From assembly GCA_964615415.1 (NCBI GenBank), contig CAZTNI010000001.1, positions 240,746 through 304,745 on the forward strand: DNA of 64,000 bases, read 5' to 3'. Under the pieces are notes generated by a model, which worked only from the letters and a program-made list of their open reading frames with translations, was not told the DNA's origin and searched no databases. How positions within the stretch are numbered: the first letter of the stretch is position 1; every line of letters starts with the position of its first letter. Positions 18,912-28,598 of the stretch are shown here, in pieces. The translations under genes and the position numbers were made by a program. This stretch comes from an uncultured Candidatus Saccharibacteria bacterium. GTDB taxonomy: Bacteria; Patescibacteriota; Minisyncoccia; Phycocordibacterales; SBAW01.

Positions 18912-20147
18912 ATGTACGACTTACTAGTCATAGGTGGTGGTGCGTCTGGCATGATGGCAGCGGGTACTGCGGCTGCGCGTGGGAAAAAAGTGCTGCTACT
19001 CGAAAAAAACAGAACACTCGGTGAAAAACTGAAAATAACCGGCGGCGGCCGCTGCAACGTAACAAATGCGGAAGACGACGTGCACGAGCTGCTTAAGAAG
19101 TATGGCAAGGCGGAACAATTTCTTTACTCGGTGTTTGCACAGTTTGGTGTAAAGGATACCTTTTCCTTTTTTGAATCAAAAGGTTTGCCACTCGTGGTGC
19201 AGGCGCGCAAGCGTGCCTTCCCGCACACAGAAAAAGCTCGCGACGTGTTTGCCGTACTAGAGACGTACGTAAAAAAGAGCGGCGTCGTTGTTAAAAATGC
19301 CTCCCCGGTGACGCGCATAGAAACAGCGTCAGACGGAACTGTTGCTGCTGTCTATTGTGGCAAGGAACGGTATGAAGCAACTGCCTATGTACTTGCGACG
19401 GGAAGCATGTCACACCCAGAAACTGGCTCAACGGGAGATGGCTTTGAGTGGCTGCGTGACTTAGGCCACACGGTGCATGCGCCAACGCCCACCATTGTGC
19501 CGCTTGCAGTAAAAGAAGAGTGGGTAAAGCAACTTTCGGGAGCATCGCTCTCGTTTATGAAAATCACCTTCTTTTTGGAAGGGAAGAAAAAATTTTCTGA
19601 GACAGGGAAGATTCTTTTTACACACTTTGGCCTCTCGGGTCCGCTTATTTTAAACAGTGCACACAAAGTGCAAGACTTGCTCTATAGCGGGATCGTCACT
19701 GCAACGATAGATGCCTACCCACACACGGACCTCGGTGCCTTGGAAGATACGGTCATTAAAGTGTTTGATGCGCACAAAAACAAGACATTTAAAAACATTG
19801 TCCGCGAGTTCGTGCCCGAAGGTACACACAAGGGCATACTTACCTTGCTTGCAGAGCGTATGGATGTAACGAAGAAAGTGCACTCGATAACGCGCGAAGA
19901 GCGTAAGGTGGTGGTGCAACTCCTCAAAGCCCTGCCGCTTACCATTGAAGGGCTGATGGGCTTTGACCGGGCAGTTGTTGCCGACGGTGGCGTGCCGCTT
20001 GAGGAAGTAGACATGCGCACCATGCGCTCCAAAAAGGTCCCTAACCTCTATATCGTAGGAGACTTGCTCCACATTAACCGTCCCTCAGGAGGCTTTTCTC
20101 TGCAGCTCTGCTGGTCCACAGGCTTTGTTGCCGGGCAACATGTGTGA
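18912..20147 (+). CDS. FAD-dependent oxidoreductase, HI0933/BaiN-like flavoprotein family
   Basis: N-terminal dinucleotide-binding motif MYDLLVIGGGASGMMAAG and the overall ~410-aa architecture of the HI0933 family. Confidence 0.7.
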   Translation: MYDLLVIGGGASGMMAAGTAAARGKKVLLLEKNRTLGEKLKITGGGRCNVTNAEDDVHELLKKYGKAEQFLYSVFAQFGVKDTFSFFESKGLPLVVQARKRAFPHTEKARDVFAVLETYVKKSGVVVKNASPVTRIETASDGTVAAVYCGKERYEATAYVLATGSMSHPETGSTGDGFEWLRDLGHTVHAPTPTIVPLAVKEEWVKQLSGASLSFMKITFFLEGKKKFSETGKILFTHFGLSGPLILNSAHKVQDLLYSGIVTATIDAYPHTDLGALEDTVIKVFDAHKNKTFKNIVREFVPEGTHKGILTLLAERMDVTKKVHSITREERKVVVQLLKALPLTIEGLMGFDRAVVADGGVPLEEVDMRTMRSKKVPNLYIVGDLLHINRPSGGFSLQLCWSTGFVAGQHV

Positions 20148-20292
20148 GGTCTTCATGATCCGGTAGGGCTAGACAGATCCTTCTCGACAGGTATAGTGAA
20201 AAAGTTAGGCACATAGCACGATCTATAGGGGAATTCATATCTGAAAAGGTATGAATTTTTTATTTCGCGTGATTGTCTGACCATATCACTCT

Positions 20293-21621
20293 ATGTTGAT
20301 ATTATCGAACGGATTTCCGACAAACCTTCCTGACTCAGATATTGTCTCTCAAGGAGGGCCTGCAAATTTTGCACGCCTATTCATAAACTATATCCTCTCT
20401 TCTGGTGCAGAGCATAAGTGGGTGGGTGTTATGCTCGAGGGAAGTAACTCTCGAGGTATTTACATGGAAGAGGTGTTTGCGTCTACTTATAGACGCTACT
20501 ATCGCTTGCGTGCGCCAAAAGCGATCATCAATAAAGTAACCCAAGCAAAAAGTTCTCGCGTAAAGCCTGTCGTGGCGTGGAAAAAACCTATTGCAGCACT
20601 TGTTTCTCTTATAGAAGAGCAAAAACCCGACGTTGTGTTTCTAAACGGCTTCGGCGTTTTTAATTGGATGCTACTCCAGGCTGCTAAGGAAACAAATACG
20701 CCGGTCGTGATTCAACATGCGGGAATTTGGACCAAGGAATTAGGTATACATAAAGACCGCTATACGGAGCAGGGTAGAAAATTGCTCGAACGCATGGAGC
20801 AAGATTCTACAGAGCTCTCTTCAATAGAAATTTTTCTTAATACCTGGAGTCGCGAGTATTATGCGACCCATGTTGCTTCGGGCGACGCGCGCAAGACAGA
20901 GATTGTCCCCCTGCCGTTCGACTTCACTTCTTTTAAACAACTGCACAGCAGTGTAACCGCATCTAAATTTTCTTTTTCTACTAAGAAGTTCCATGTCGGC
21001 ATCATTGCTCGGTGGGATGAGATTAAAAATCATGCCGCCGTTCTTGCTCTTGCAAAAGCGGCTCGTGCACAAAAATTACCGTGGCAGTTTCATGCAATAG
21101 TGGACATTCCCGCGTCAGAAGATGCGGCAACGGTGCAGGAGTATAAAAAATATGTTGATGTTATTCCTCCAGTCGATCGCGCAGGCATTTCTGCGTTTTG
21201 TAGTGCGGTCGACCTGCTTTTACTACCATCGTTGTTTGACGTGTCTCCCACGGTGGTGCTGGAAGCGGTCGCGCTTAAAACTCCTATCGTTATCTCGGAA
21301 ACAGTAGGGTATGTGCGAGATTTTGCGTCTCATGGCGCAGCGGAGTGGGTTATAGATCCTTCTGATGTAGCGCAATCTTTAGAAAATCTAAAAAACATTA
21401 TGGGAAAGGAGATGCCAGCTGACTTTACTAATTACATAGTGCGTGCACACAACCATACGCAAGTATTTGCAACCTATCTCGAACTATTTGAGATAGCAAA
21501 ATTAAAATCTCTTCCTATGCCGCAAGTAGTACGAAAACTCTTCCGTAAAGAATTAGGAAAGTATCTGCCTTTTTTGACAGAAGCTTCACAAAAGAAAAAG
21601 GAAAAAGTTGTATCTGCATAA
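20293..21621 (+). CDS. Glycosyltransferase (GT-B fold, GT4-like C-terminal domain)
   Basis: The C-terminal half (…IIARWDEIKNHAAVLALAKAA…EAVALKTPIVISETVGY…) is GT1/GT4-like. The start is uncertain. Confidence 0.55.
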   Translation: MLILSNGFPTNLPDSDIVSQGGPANFARLFINYILSSGAEHKWVGVMLEGSNSRGIYMEEVFASTYRRYYRLRAPKAIINKVTQAKSSRVKPVVAWKKPIAALVSLIEEQKPDVVFLNGFGVFNWMLLQAAKETNTPVVIQHAGIWTKELGIHKDRYTEQGRKLLERMEQDSTELSSIEIFLNTWSREYYATHVASGDARKTEIVPLPFDFTSFKQLHSSVTASKFSFSTKKFHVGIIARWDEIKNHAAVLALAKAARAQKLPWQFHAIVDIPASEDAATVQEYKKYVDVIPPVDRAGISAFCSAVDLLLLPSLFDVSPTVVLEAVALKTPIVISETVGYVRDFASHGAAEWVIDPSDVAQSLENLKNIMGKEMPADFTNYIVRAHNHTQVFATYLELFEIAKLKSLPMPQVVRKLFRKELGKYLPFLTEASQKKKEKVVSA

Positions 21622-21636
21622 TGGTATACTACGCGT

Positions 21637-21876
21637 ATGGAACCAAAGCGACTTTTTAAGAGCGAAGAAAATCGGGTGTTTGCAGGAGTCTTCGGCGGTT
21701 TGGGCGAGTACTTTACCGTCGACCCAGTTATCTTGCGCGTGTTGTGGGTCGTAGTAGTTATCTTCACCGCATTCATTCCGGGCGTCATCGCGTACATTCT
21801 TGCTGCTATTATTATTCCAAGGCGGCCGGTACGTGTGCACCACCAAGAGACACATCACCACGAGTCGCACTCGTAA
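21637..21876 (+). CDS. PspC-domain protein
   Basis: RLFKSEENRVFAGVFGGLGEYFTVDPVILRV is the PspC domain motif, followed by a TM helix. Confidence 0.75.
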   Translation: MEPKRLFKSEENRVFAGVFGGLGEYFTVDPVILRVLWVVVVIFTAFIPGVIAYILAAIIIPRRPVRVHHQETHHHESHS

Positions 21877-22437
21877 ATGACTCATCGTAAACGCGCAGGA
21901 TTCGTGCAAGACTTGGGCATTATTGCGCTAAGTATTTTTGCTGCGATTGTTCTAGTAAAGACGGACGTTATTGTAAATATCCTTACCTCTTCAAAAGAGC
22001 TGGAATTTTTCGGTAGCTTTATTGCGGGCATGTTTTTTACCTCGGTGTTTACGACCGTGCCTGCAATAGTGACGCTTGGAGAAATTGCGCAAGAGTATTC
22101 GCTCGTTATGACCGCGCTCCTGGGTGGTGCGGGAGCGGTGCTTGGCGACCTGCTTATTTTCCGTTTTGTGCGCGACCGCTTTTCGCAACACTTGCTTGAA
22201 GTGATGGGATTGAAAGGTGGTCCACGCCGCTTTACACGCCTCTTTAGTAAAGGTCCGCTGCGCTGGGTAACCTTCCTGCTCGGTGGTCTTATCATTGCTT
22301 CGCCTTTGCCGGATGAGTTAGGCATTAGTCTATTAGGCTTTACGAAAATGAAACTTGCATGGTTTATTCCGCTTGCATTTACGTTTAATGCGATAGGAAT
22401 TTTCCTTATTGGCCTTGCCGCTCGAGCAGTTGGGTAA
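21877..22437 (+). CDS. Hypothetical polytopic membrane protein; start codon abuts the pspC stop
   Basis: 186 aa with 5-6 TM helices. It appears to be operonic with the PspC-domain gene. Confidence 0.5.
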   Translation: MTHRKRAGFVQDLGIIALSIFAAIVLVKTDVIVNILTSSKELEFFGSFIAGMFFTSVFTTVPAIVTLGEIAQEYSLVMTALLGGAGAVLGDLLIFRFVRDRFSQHLLEVMGLKGGPRRFTRLFSKGPLRWVTFLLGGLIIASPLPDELGISLLGFTKMKLAWFIPLAFTFNAIGIFLIGLAARAVG

Positions 22438-22449
22438 TATAGTCAATCT

Positions 22450-23325
22450 ATGAAATATCTTATATATATTCTTGTTGCTGCGGCGGTGCTTGTGGGCGGC
22501 TTTTTTGCCCTCAATACCTATATTTATAAAGAAAAGCAGGGGCCAACTGACTATAAAAACGCAACGTATGTAGTGGAGGGCGAGCCAGTCACTCTCTCGA
22601 ATGGTGTTTCAGCGGATGGAAGTACTCGATACTTTGGAAATGAAGTAACGGGCGATCTTAATGCGGACGGTCGTCCTGATCGCGCCTTCCTACTTACTTC
22701 AGATGGTGGTGGTAGTGGCATCTTTTATTACCTGGTAGGAGCGTTGCAAACCGAGGCAGGAACATACAACGGCACGCGCGCTGTGTTTGTCGGTGATCGT
22801 ATTGCGCCCCAAACTACAGAGTTTCAAAACGGTATCGTTGTTGTGAACTATGCGGATCGTGCCCCGGGTGAGCCTATGACTGCGCAGCCTTCAGTCGGTA
22901 AGACGTTGCGTTTGAAATACGACCCTGTTGGAGAAGATTTCGGCATCGTCGCAAATAATTTTGAAGGTGAGGCAGACCCGTCACGCATGACGCTCAGTAT
23001 GCAGACGTGGGTCTGGGACTCTGCGCTCTATAACGATGGTCGTGAAATAACTCCAAAGAAGACTGGGGCATTTACACTCACGTTTAAAACAGACGGTACA
23101 TTTACCGCTACGACTGACTGCAACCAAATGGGCGGGAGCTATACGACTGCTGCCAACAATCAAATTACATTTGGTGACATCTACATGACCAAAATGTTCT
23201 GTGAAGGTTCGCAAGAAATAGAGTTTTCACAAATGCTCTCAAACACGAGCGGCTATCACTTTACGTCGCGCGGGCAGCTCATACTCGACCTCAAGTTCGA
23301 CAGCGGCTCGGTTGTCTTCCACTAA
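22450..23325 (+). CDS. Secreted META/DUF306 (HslJ-like) domain protein
   Basis: N-terminal TM/signal. The C-terminal domain motifs CNQMGGSY…FGDIYMTKMFC are typical of META/HslJ domains. Confidence 0.55.
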   Translation: MKYLIYILVAAAVLVGGFFALNTYIYKEKQGPTDYKNATYVVEGEPVTLSNGVSADGSTRYFGNEVTGDLNADGRPDRAFLLTSDGGGSGIFYYLVGALQTEAGTYNGTRAVFVGDRIAPQTTEFQNGIVVVNYADRAPGEPMTAQPSVGKTLRLKYDPVGEDFGIVANNFEGEADPSRMTLSMQTWVWDSALYNDGREITPKKTGAFTLTFKTDGTFTATTDCNQMGGSYTTAANNQITFGDIYMTKMFCEGSQEIEFSQMLSNTSGYHFTSRGQLILDLKFDSGSVVFH

Positions 23326-23394
23326 TTATCCCCGGCGGGTCCGTGCGTGCGCAAAACTGATGCTACGATGAAGCCATATAGGTAATTTGTATAT

Positions 23395-23778
23395 ATGGAT
23401 ATCTTTTTTGCGAAGTTCCTTGGTCTTTACTTTGTGATCGTTGGTCTCATTGTGATGATTCGTAAGCAGTCGATCATGCCAACCATGAAGGAACTGCTTA
23501 AAAATCGCTCGCTTTTGTTCTTGCTCGGTATCGCACATCTTACAGCGGGTCTTGTTATTGTCATTACACACCCGATGCTTGCACTCAATGTGCCGGGTGT
23601 TATCTCGCTCATTGGTTGGATCATGACTATTGAAGGTATTTTGTACCTTGCGATGCCGTATCGCGCAGTTCAAAAATTTATTGGAAGCTTTAACCAGCAA
23701 GGATGGTACACCTCGGGCGGTATTGCAGCAGTGCTCCTTGGTATGTACTTGGTCTGGTACGGATTCGGCTTGATGTAA
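23395..23778 (+). CDS. Hypothetical small membrane protein (4 TM)
   Basis: 127-aa hydrophobic ORF. Confidence 0.45.
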   Translation: MDIFFAKFLGLYFVIVGLIVMIRKQSIMPTMKELLKNRSLLFLLGIAHLTAGLVIVITHPMLALNVPGVISLIGWIMTIEGILYLAMPYRAVQKFIGSFNQQGWYTSGGIAAVLLGMYLVWYGFGLM

Positions 23779-23804
23779 TTGGCAGTTTGGTATACTAGTT
23801 CTCT

Positions 23805-24767
23805 ATGCATTCTGAAAACGCGATAGAAATTCGCGGCTTGGTAAAGTCGTATAAAAAATTACAGGTGCTCAAAGGTTTGGATCTTTCGGTGCAAAAGGGC
23901 ACCATGTTGGCCTTGTTGGGACCAAACGGTGCAGGCAAAACGACCACAGTTAAAATCCTTAGTACACTTCTCAAGCCCGACCAAGGCGAGGTTCGAGTTA
24001 ATGGCCTCGATGTGGTTGCCGACGCTGACGGTGTGCGCCACTCAATTGGCTTAACAGGTCAATACGCGGCGGTTGATGAATATTTGACCGGGCGAGAGAA
24101 CCTGGTCATGATGGGGCGTCTGTATCATCTTTCAAAAGCGGCCGCACAAAAGCGCGCGCAGGAACTGCTTGAGCAGTTTGACCTTGTCGAAGCCGCAGAA
24201 CGTGCAGCAAAAACATACTCAGGCGGCATGCGCCGTCGTCTCGACCTTGCGGCAAGCCTAGTTGCTACTCCTCCTATTGTTTTCCTCGATGAGCCGACGA
24301 CCGGCCTCGACCCTCGCAGCCGCATTAACATGTGGGGCGTCATTAAAGGTCTTATGGCCTCTGGCGTTACTATTTTGCTCACTACGCAGTACTTGGAAGA
24401 GGCCGATAAATTGGCAGACCGTATCGCTGTGCTCGACCAAGGAAAGATTATTGCAGAGGGAACTGCCGACACGCTGAAGGCGGGGATTGGCAGCGAACGC
24501 ATTGAGGTAGTGATAGAAAAGCCTCAAGACTTTGAGAGTGCTTTAAAACTTCTTGCAGGAGCTGGCGTACAAGTAGACAAAGAAGAGCGCAGTATTAGCG
24601 TGCCTATTGATGGTAGCGTGGGTGCGGTAAAACGCGTACTCGACTTGCTGCACGACGCAAAAATTGAAATCGATACCATGTCAGTGCACAAACCAACACT
24701 CGACGACGTATTTTTGCACTTAACAGGTCGAGGCGTTGAAACAAAAGAAGAAAAAGTAACTGCATAA
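23805..24767 (+). CDS. ABC transporter ATP-binding protein (DrrA-like, ABC-2 exporter type)
   Basis: Walker A LLGPNGAGKTTT, signature YSGGMRRRL and Walker B IVFLDEPTTGLD. Confidence 0.8.
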   Translation: MHSENAIEIRGLVKSYKKLQVLKGLDLSVQKGTMLALLGPNGAGKTTTVKILSTLLKPDQGEVRVNGLDVVADADGVRHSIGLTGQYAAVDEYLTGRENLVMMGRLYHLSKAAAQKRAQELLEQFDLVEAAERAAKTYSGGMRRRLDLAASLVATPPIVFLDEPTTGLDPRSRINMWGVIKGLMASGVTILLTTQYLEEADKLADRIAVLDQGKIIAEGTADTLKAGIGSERIEVVIEKPQDFESALKLLAGAGVQVDKEERSISVPIDGSVGAVKRVLDLLHDAKIEIDTMSVHKPTLDDVFLHLTGRGVETKEEKVTA

Positions 24768-24771
24768 CCAT

Positions 24772-25554
24772 ATGAAGACTCACTCTGCATTATTTTGGGC
24801 CGTCAGCGACACGTGGGTGCTTATCGTGCGCAGCCTGAAACATATTTTTAAAAACATGGACCAGCTGCTGGGGCTTACCATCCAGCCGGTTATGTTCATG
24901 CTGCTCTTCGGCTATGTCTTTGGTGGTGCTATCACCACAACAGCAGGGAGTTACATTAACTTTCTTGTTGCAGGTATTTTGGTACAGATGGCAGCGTTTG
25001 GTGCAACGACGACTGCGCTCAGTGTTGCGACCGACCTTAAGCGCGGTATTATCGACCGCTTTAAGTCGCTCCCTATGGTGAGTTCTGCGGTGATGACGGG
25101 TCACGTTATCGGCGACCTGGTGCGCAACGGACTTTCGTCCATTATCCTTTTGATCGTTGCATTGTGTATGGGATTCCGTCCGGTCGCATCATTTACAGAC
25201 TGGCTGGTGATTATTGGTATTTTGCTTGTCTTTACGTTGGCGTTTTCGTGGATGGCGGCGATTATGGGTCTGCTTGCAAAGAGCGTTGAGGCAGTGCAGT
25301 GGATGTCGTTCTTTGTGGTGTTTCCGCTCACCTTTGCGAGTGCTGCGTTTGTACCGACCGCAAGTATGCCGGGCGTATTGCGTGCGTTCGCAGAAAATCA
25401 GCCAGTTACCCATGTCATTGAAGCAATTCGCGCTCTTATGATCGGAACTCCGATCGGTAACCATGGGTGGCTTGCACTAGCGTGGTGTGTTGCAATCATC
25501 GCCGTTGCGATGCCGATAGCGTCATACCTTTTCCGCACCCGCGCAGCACAGTAA
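24772..25554 (+). CDS. ABC-2 type transporter permease
   Basis: 260-aa protein with 6 TM helices, immediately downstream of the ATPase. Confidence 0.7.
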   Translation: MKTHSALFWAVSDTWVLIVRSLKHIFKNMDQLLGLTIQPVMFMLLFGYVFGGAITTTAGSYINFLVAGILVQMAAFGATTTALSVATDLKRGIIDRFKSLPMVSSAVMTGHVIGDLVRNGLSSIILLIVALCMGFRPVASFTDWLVIIGILLVFTLAFSWMAAIMGLLAKSVEAVQWMSFFVVFPLTFASAAFVPTASMPGVLRAFAENQPVTHVIEAIRALMIGTPIGNHGWLALAWCVAIIAVAMPIASYLFRTRAAQ

Positions 25555-25576
25555 AGCTGCGTGATATACTCACGGT

Positions 25577-25828
25577 ATGAATCTTTTTAACTTTGGAACC
25601 CTTGGGGTTGATGTGCCGATGCCAGAATGGTTCTACGCATTTATTAGCGTTATCGTGTTGTGGAGTTTGTTCTGGAAGGGTCTTGCTTTGTGGCACGCTG
25701 CTCGCCGTAAACAGCCGTGGTGGTTTGTAATCTTGCTTGTGGTAAACACTATGGGCATCCTCGAGATCATCTATCTCTTTGTAGTTGCAAAACTCAAACC
25801 GAAAGACCTCTTCGATACACATCACTAA
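25577..25828 (+). CDS. Small membrane protein (DUF5652-like)
   Basis: 83 aa with two TM helices and a WWFVILL motif. Confidence 0.45.
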   Translation: MNLFNFGTLGVDVPMPEWFYAFISVIVLWSLFWKGLALWHAARRKQPWWFVILLVVNTMGILEIIYLFVVAKLKPKDLFDTHH

Positions 25829-25837
25829 ATAAAGAAA

Positions 25838-25870
25838 CCCCGCGCAATATAGCGCGGGGTTTTGTTTAAC
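25838..25870. terminator. Bidirectional Rho-independent terminator
   Basis: AAACCCCGCGCAATATAGCGCGGGGTTTTGTTT. Confidence 0.7.
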
Positions 25871-26243
25871 AGTCTGCGCGGGCAATGGGGCCCGTCTGTG
25901 CGCGAATCTGGGTAAGCGTTTTTGCTCGCCGGGCGGGCTTCTGCTCGCTCACCTGGACCGTGCAGCAGTTGTAAAACGTGATCTGTTTTCCGTGGCAGAG
26001 ATGCTCTTCTGCAAGTGGGCGCATCACGTCCGATGCGCAGATACGAATGAGCTGCTTGCCGAGTTCGGATTTCGGATCTTCGGTCGCAAGTTCGCCTCGA
26101 CCGTGAGCAAGTCGGTGGAGATACGTGCAGGCAAGCGGCAAGTCAGCTTGCATGCCTGCAAGAATCAGAGCATCAAGTTCCTGCTCCGAAAGGCTGTCCA
26201 GGTTTTTGCCTGCAGTAGCAGCAATGAGGGACGGAAGAGACAT
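25866..26243 (-). CDS. Hypothetical Cys/His-rich protein, operonic with the upstream CooC/MinD-like ATPase
   Basis: The start (ATG at 26243) is preceded by GGAGG. The protein contains C-x-Y-x-H…C-H-G-K…C-C motifs. The start was trimmed from the longer track ORF. Confidence 0.45.
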   Translation of the reverse strand: MSLPSLIAATAGKNLDSLSEQELDALILAGMQADLPLACTYLHRLAHGRGELATEDPKSELGKQLIRICASDVMRPLAEEHLCHGKQITFYNCCTVQVSEQKPARRAKTLTQIRAQTGPIARADC

Positions 26244-26316
26244 TGATAACCTCCAAAGAACAACACTGGCGATCCTGCCAGCGTGCACCCCGCTATGCAT
26301 CACGGGGCGCACGCTG

Positions 26317-26994
26317 CTAGGATCTTGTAGCTCTAAAAATCTCTTCTATTGCTCGAGCGGTGTCTGTCTCCATCCCAGCCTCTTTATTGTGAACGATGCA
26401 GTGTGGAATAGCTGCCAATCCCAGCTCGTGTTTTATTTGTTCCGCGACACGACGGCTGTGTACCGTTGGTTCCTGAACAATCACTGCAAGGTCAACGCCT
26501 GCAAGAATGCCTGTGGCAACGGGGTCGGTGCCAGCTCGTTCGTCAATCACCACCGCCTCGTCGTCTGTAAGTTTTAACAGGGGGAGATATACCTTGAGCG
26601 GCGCTGCAAGAGAGTGGCTGCACGCCTCTTGGGACCGTACTCGGTCAGTGTGCGGACCAGCTGTTATAAGACGCAGACCTTCTGTAAGCTCACTAGAAAC
26701 ACTTGCGGTGTAGGGATCAGTGGGCGAGAGGGTAAATTCCACCCCGCGTTCTTTTGCGGTAGCGAGCGCATCAGCAAAACTTCCTGCAGGGTGTGACCCG
26801 ACGTAGGTTTTGATTCTGTCGGGCTCAGCCCCCAGAAATACGGTAGGGTCTGCTCCAAGGTTGTAGGAAAGATCCATATTATGGTCGGCGTCGATCGCGA
26901 GTACGGTGGTCCCTCGGGCACGTAAAAAGCGCACGAGCGCGGTCGCCATGGTCGACTTGCCTGATCCGCCTTTCCCCAGAAACGCGATTTTCAT
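26317..26994 (-). CDS. MinD/ParA-superfamily P-loop ATPase (CooC-like metallochaperone type)
   Basis: Deviant Walker A MKIAFLGKGGSGKST and the DADHNMDL motif. Confidence 0.65.
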   Translation of the reverse strand: MKIAFLGKGGSGKSTMATALVRFLRARGTTVLAIDADHNMDLSYNLGADPTVFLGAEPDRIKTYVGSHPAGSFADALATAKERGVEFTLSPTDPYTASVSSELTEGLRLITAGPHTDRVRSQEACSHSLAAPLKVYLPLLKLTDDEAVVIDERAGTDPVATGILAGVDLAVIVQEPTVHSRRVAEQIKHELGLAAIPHCIVHNKEAGMETDTARAIEEIFRATRS

Positions 26995-27037
26995 AAACGC
27001 AAATTACTTGCATTTAATACCATACCGAACAATCACA

Positions 27038-27062
27038 ATAAATGCAAATTTGTTGCATTTGA
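27038..27062. promoter_or_regulatory. Fur-family operator-like palindrome in the divergent fur / CooC-like intergenic region
   Basis: AAATGCAAATTTGTTGCATTT has perfectly inverted 8-bp arms (AAATGCAA / TTGCATTT). A related half-site, CTTGCATTTAAT, lies at 27014. Confidence 0.5.
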
Positions 27063-27066
27063 ATAT

Positions 27067-27519
27067 GTGTGGTATAGTGCGCCCATGCATACACACGCTC
27101 CTGACTTTAAGGCAGTGCTGCGCCAAAGCGGTTACAAAGCGACTCCGGGCCGCGTACTCCTTTTGCAGACTCTGTTTGGTGAAGAGAAGCCCGTGACTGT
27201 TACGTATTTAGAGAAAAAACTAAAAAAAGCGATCGACAAGGTAACGCTCTATCGTGCGCTTGAGTCCATGATCCTTTCTGGAGTGGTTCGTGAGGTGGAT
27301 TTTCGCCATGGACATGCCCACTTCGAGCTTGCGGTATTGCGCCCCCATCATCACCACATTGTCTGTACCAGCTGTGGCTTGGTAGAAGATGTTGCTTGCA
27401 ACACCGAACCGTTTGTAAAAAAAGTAGAGAAAAGCGCAAAGAAATTTAGTGCGATTGATGACCACTCGATGGAGTTTTTTGGTGTGTGCGATGGTTGCGC
27501 AAAAGGTACGTCGCGATAA
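27067..27519 (+). CDS. Fur family transcriptional regulator (Fur/Zur/PerR)
   Basis: Winged-helix N-terminus (VTLYRALE…), an H-rich metal site (HHHHIVC), and C-x2-C pairs (CTSCG…CDGC). Confidence 0.8.
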   Translation: MWYSAPMHTHAPDFKAVLRQSGYKATPGRVLLLQTLFGEEKPVTVTYLEKKLKKAIDKVTLYRALESMILSGVVREVDFRHGHAHFELAVLRPHHHHIVCTSCGLVEDVACNTEPFVKKVEKSAKKFSAIDDHSMEFFGVCDGCAKGTSR

Positions 27520-28573
27520 GAGTGGTGAGCGGCACCGTCAGGATAACCCCGATGCCGCCAATCAATATGCGTACAAGCTCTGTAGCAAACATTTCATTAT
27601 TGAGTAGGGAGGTGACAGACACTGATGCTTGATGCATAAGCAGTAAAAGGGGGAGCGACACGCCGACGTATGCAATCGCGAGCGTGTTTACTAGCGCGCC
27701 AATGTGTTCGCGTCCAATGCGGATTGCTTTTGTATATACTTCCGCAGATGTAAGGTGCTTACCTGCACTATATAGTTCTTCAACTGCAACCGCTTGGCCG
27801 ATTGCCATGTCGTAGAGGATACCCAGGAGGCCGATTATAATCGCGCCAAACAATAATCCAACCATGTTGATGCCCCCGTCGGTGTTGAAGTTGAGGTACA
27901 CGTTTTCTTCCGAGGTGTAGCCGCTTAGCTGTGCAGCGTCGAGCGTAAAGAGCGTGGCGATGCCGGTCAGCACGAGCGTGCCTATCATGCCCAGTACGGC
28001 AGCGGTGGTGGTTTTAGTAAAACCGTGCGTGATGTATGAGCCAAGTATGATGATGAGCGACGAAACGCCGATACTTACAACTATAGGAGAGTATCCTGCA
28101 AGAATGCCTGGAATAAGCAGATACACAATAAGCACCATACTGCCGAGTAGTGTTGCGAGTCCTCGTACACCCTGCATCCCGCCAAATATAAAAATTAAAG
28201 CGACAAATACCGCTCCTAAGAGTGCGAGCGTGTCGAGCCGGTAAGGGTCTGCAACCGTATAAAATTCCGTGCCGTCGAGTTCGTGCACGATGTGGCGCAG
28301 GTAAAATACATCCCCGATATCTAACTGTATGTAGTCGTTTTCAAAGGTAACAACGCTCCCTTTGTCTTCGCCTTCAAGAATTTCAGCCGAGAGGGTCTGT
28401 ACTTTGCTTGGTGTGTTGGTGCCGGGGAGTACTAATTCGTGCTCGTTGGTAACTGTTAGTACCTCTGCTTTTAGGATGGTTACGCTGTCCGTTACGACCT
28501 CATTTTGGGCAAACGAAGTACCCGGAACAAGGAGAAACGAGACGAGTAAGAAAGCTCTACATATAAACGTCAT
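27446..28573 (-). CDS. YibE/F family membrane protein
   Basis: N-terminal extracytoplasmic domain plus a C-terminal polytopic YibE/F-like region (…GMQGVRGLATLLGSMVLIVYLLIPGIL…). The start was trimmed to the ATG at 28573. The 3' end overlaps the fur 3' end by 74 nt on the opposite strand. Confidence 0.6.
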   Translation of the reverse strand: MTFICRAFLLVSFLLVPGTSFAQNEVVTDSVTILKAEVLTVTNEHELVLPGTNTPSKVQTLSAEILEGEDKGSVVTFENDYIQLDIGDVFYLRHIVHELDGTEFYTVADPYRLDTLALLGAVFVALIFIFGGMQGVRGLATLLGSMVLIVYLLIPGILAGYSPIVVSIGVSSLIIILGSYITHGFTKTTTAAVLGMIGTLVLTGIATLFTLDAAQLSGYTSEENVYLNFNTDGGINMVGLLFGAIIIGLLGILYDMAIGQAVAVEELYSAGKHLTSAEVYTKAIRIGREHIGALVNTLAIAYVGVSLPLLLLMHQASVSVTSLLNNEMFATELVRILIGGIGVILTVPLTTLIATYLLRNHRTHQKTPSSGHQSH

Positions 28574-28598
28574 ATATGGTATAACAATTTTATAGTAT

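Noticed and set aside
20148-20292. Inverted repeat GAATTCATATCTGAAAAGGTATGAATTT upstream of the glycosyltransferase
   Set aside because: It is a single short hairpin in an ordinary intergenic region. It may be a terminator or operator, but evidence for anything specific is insufficient.
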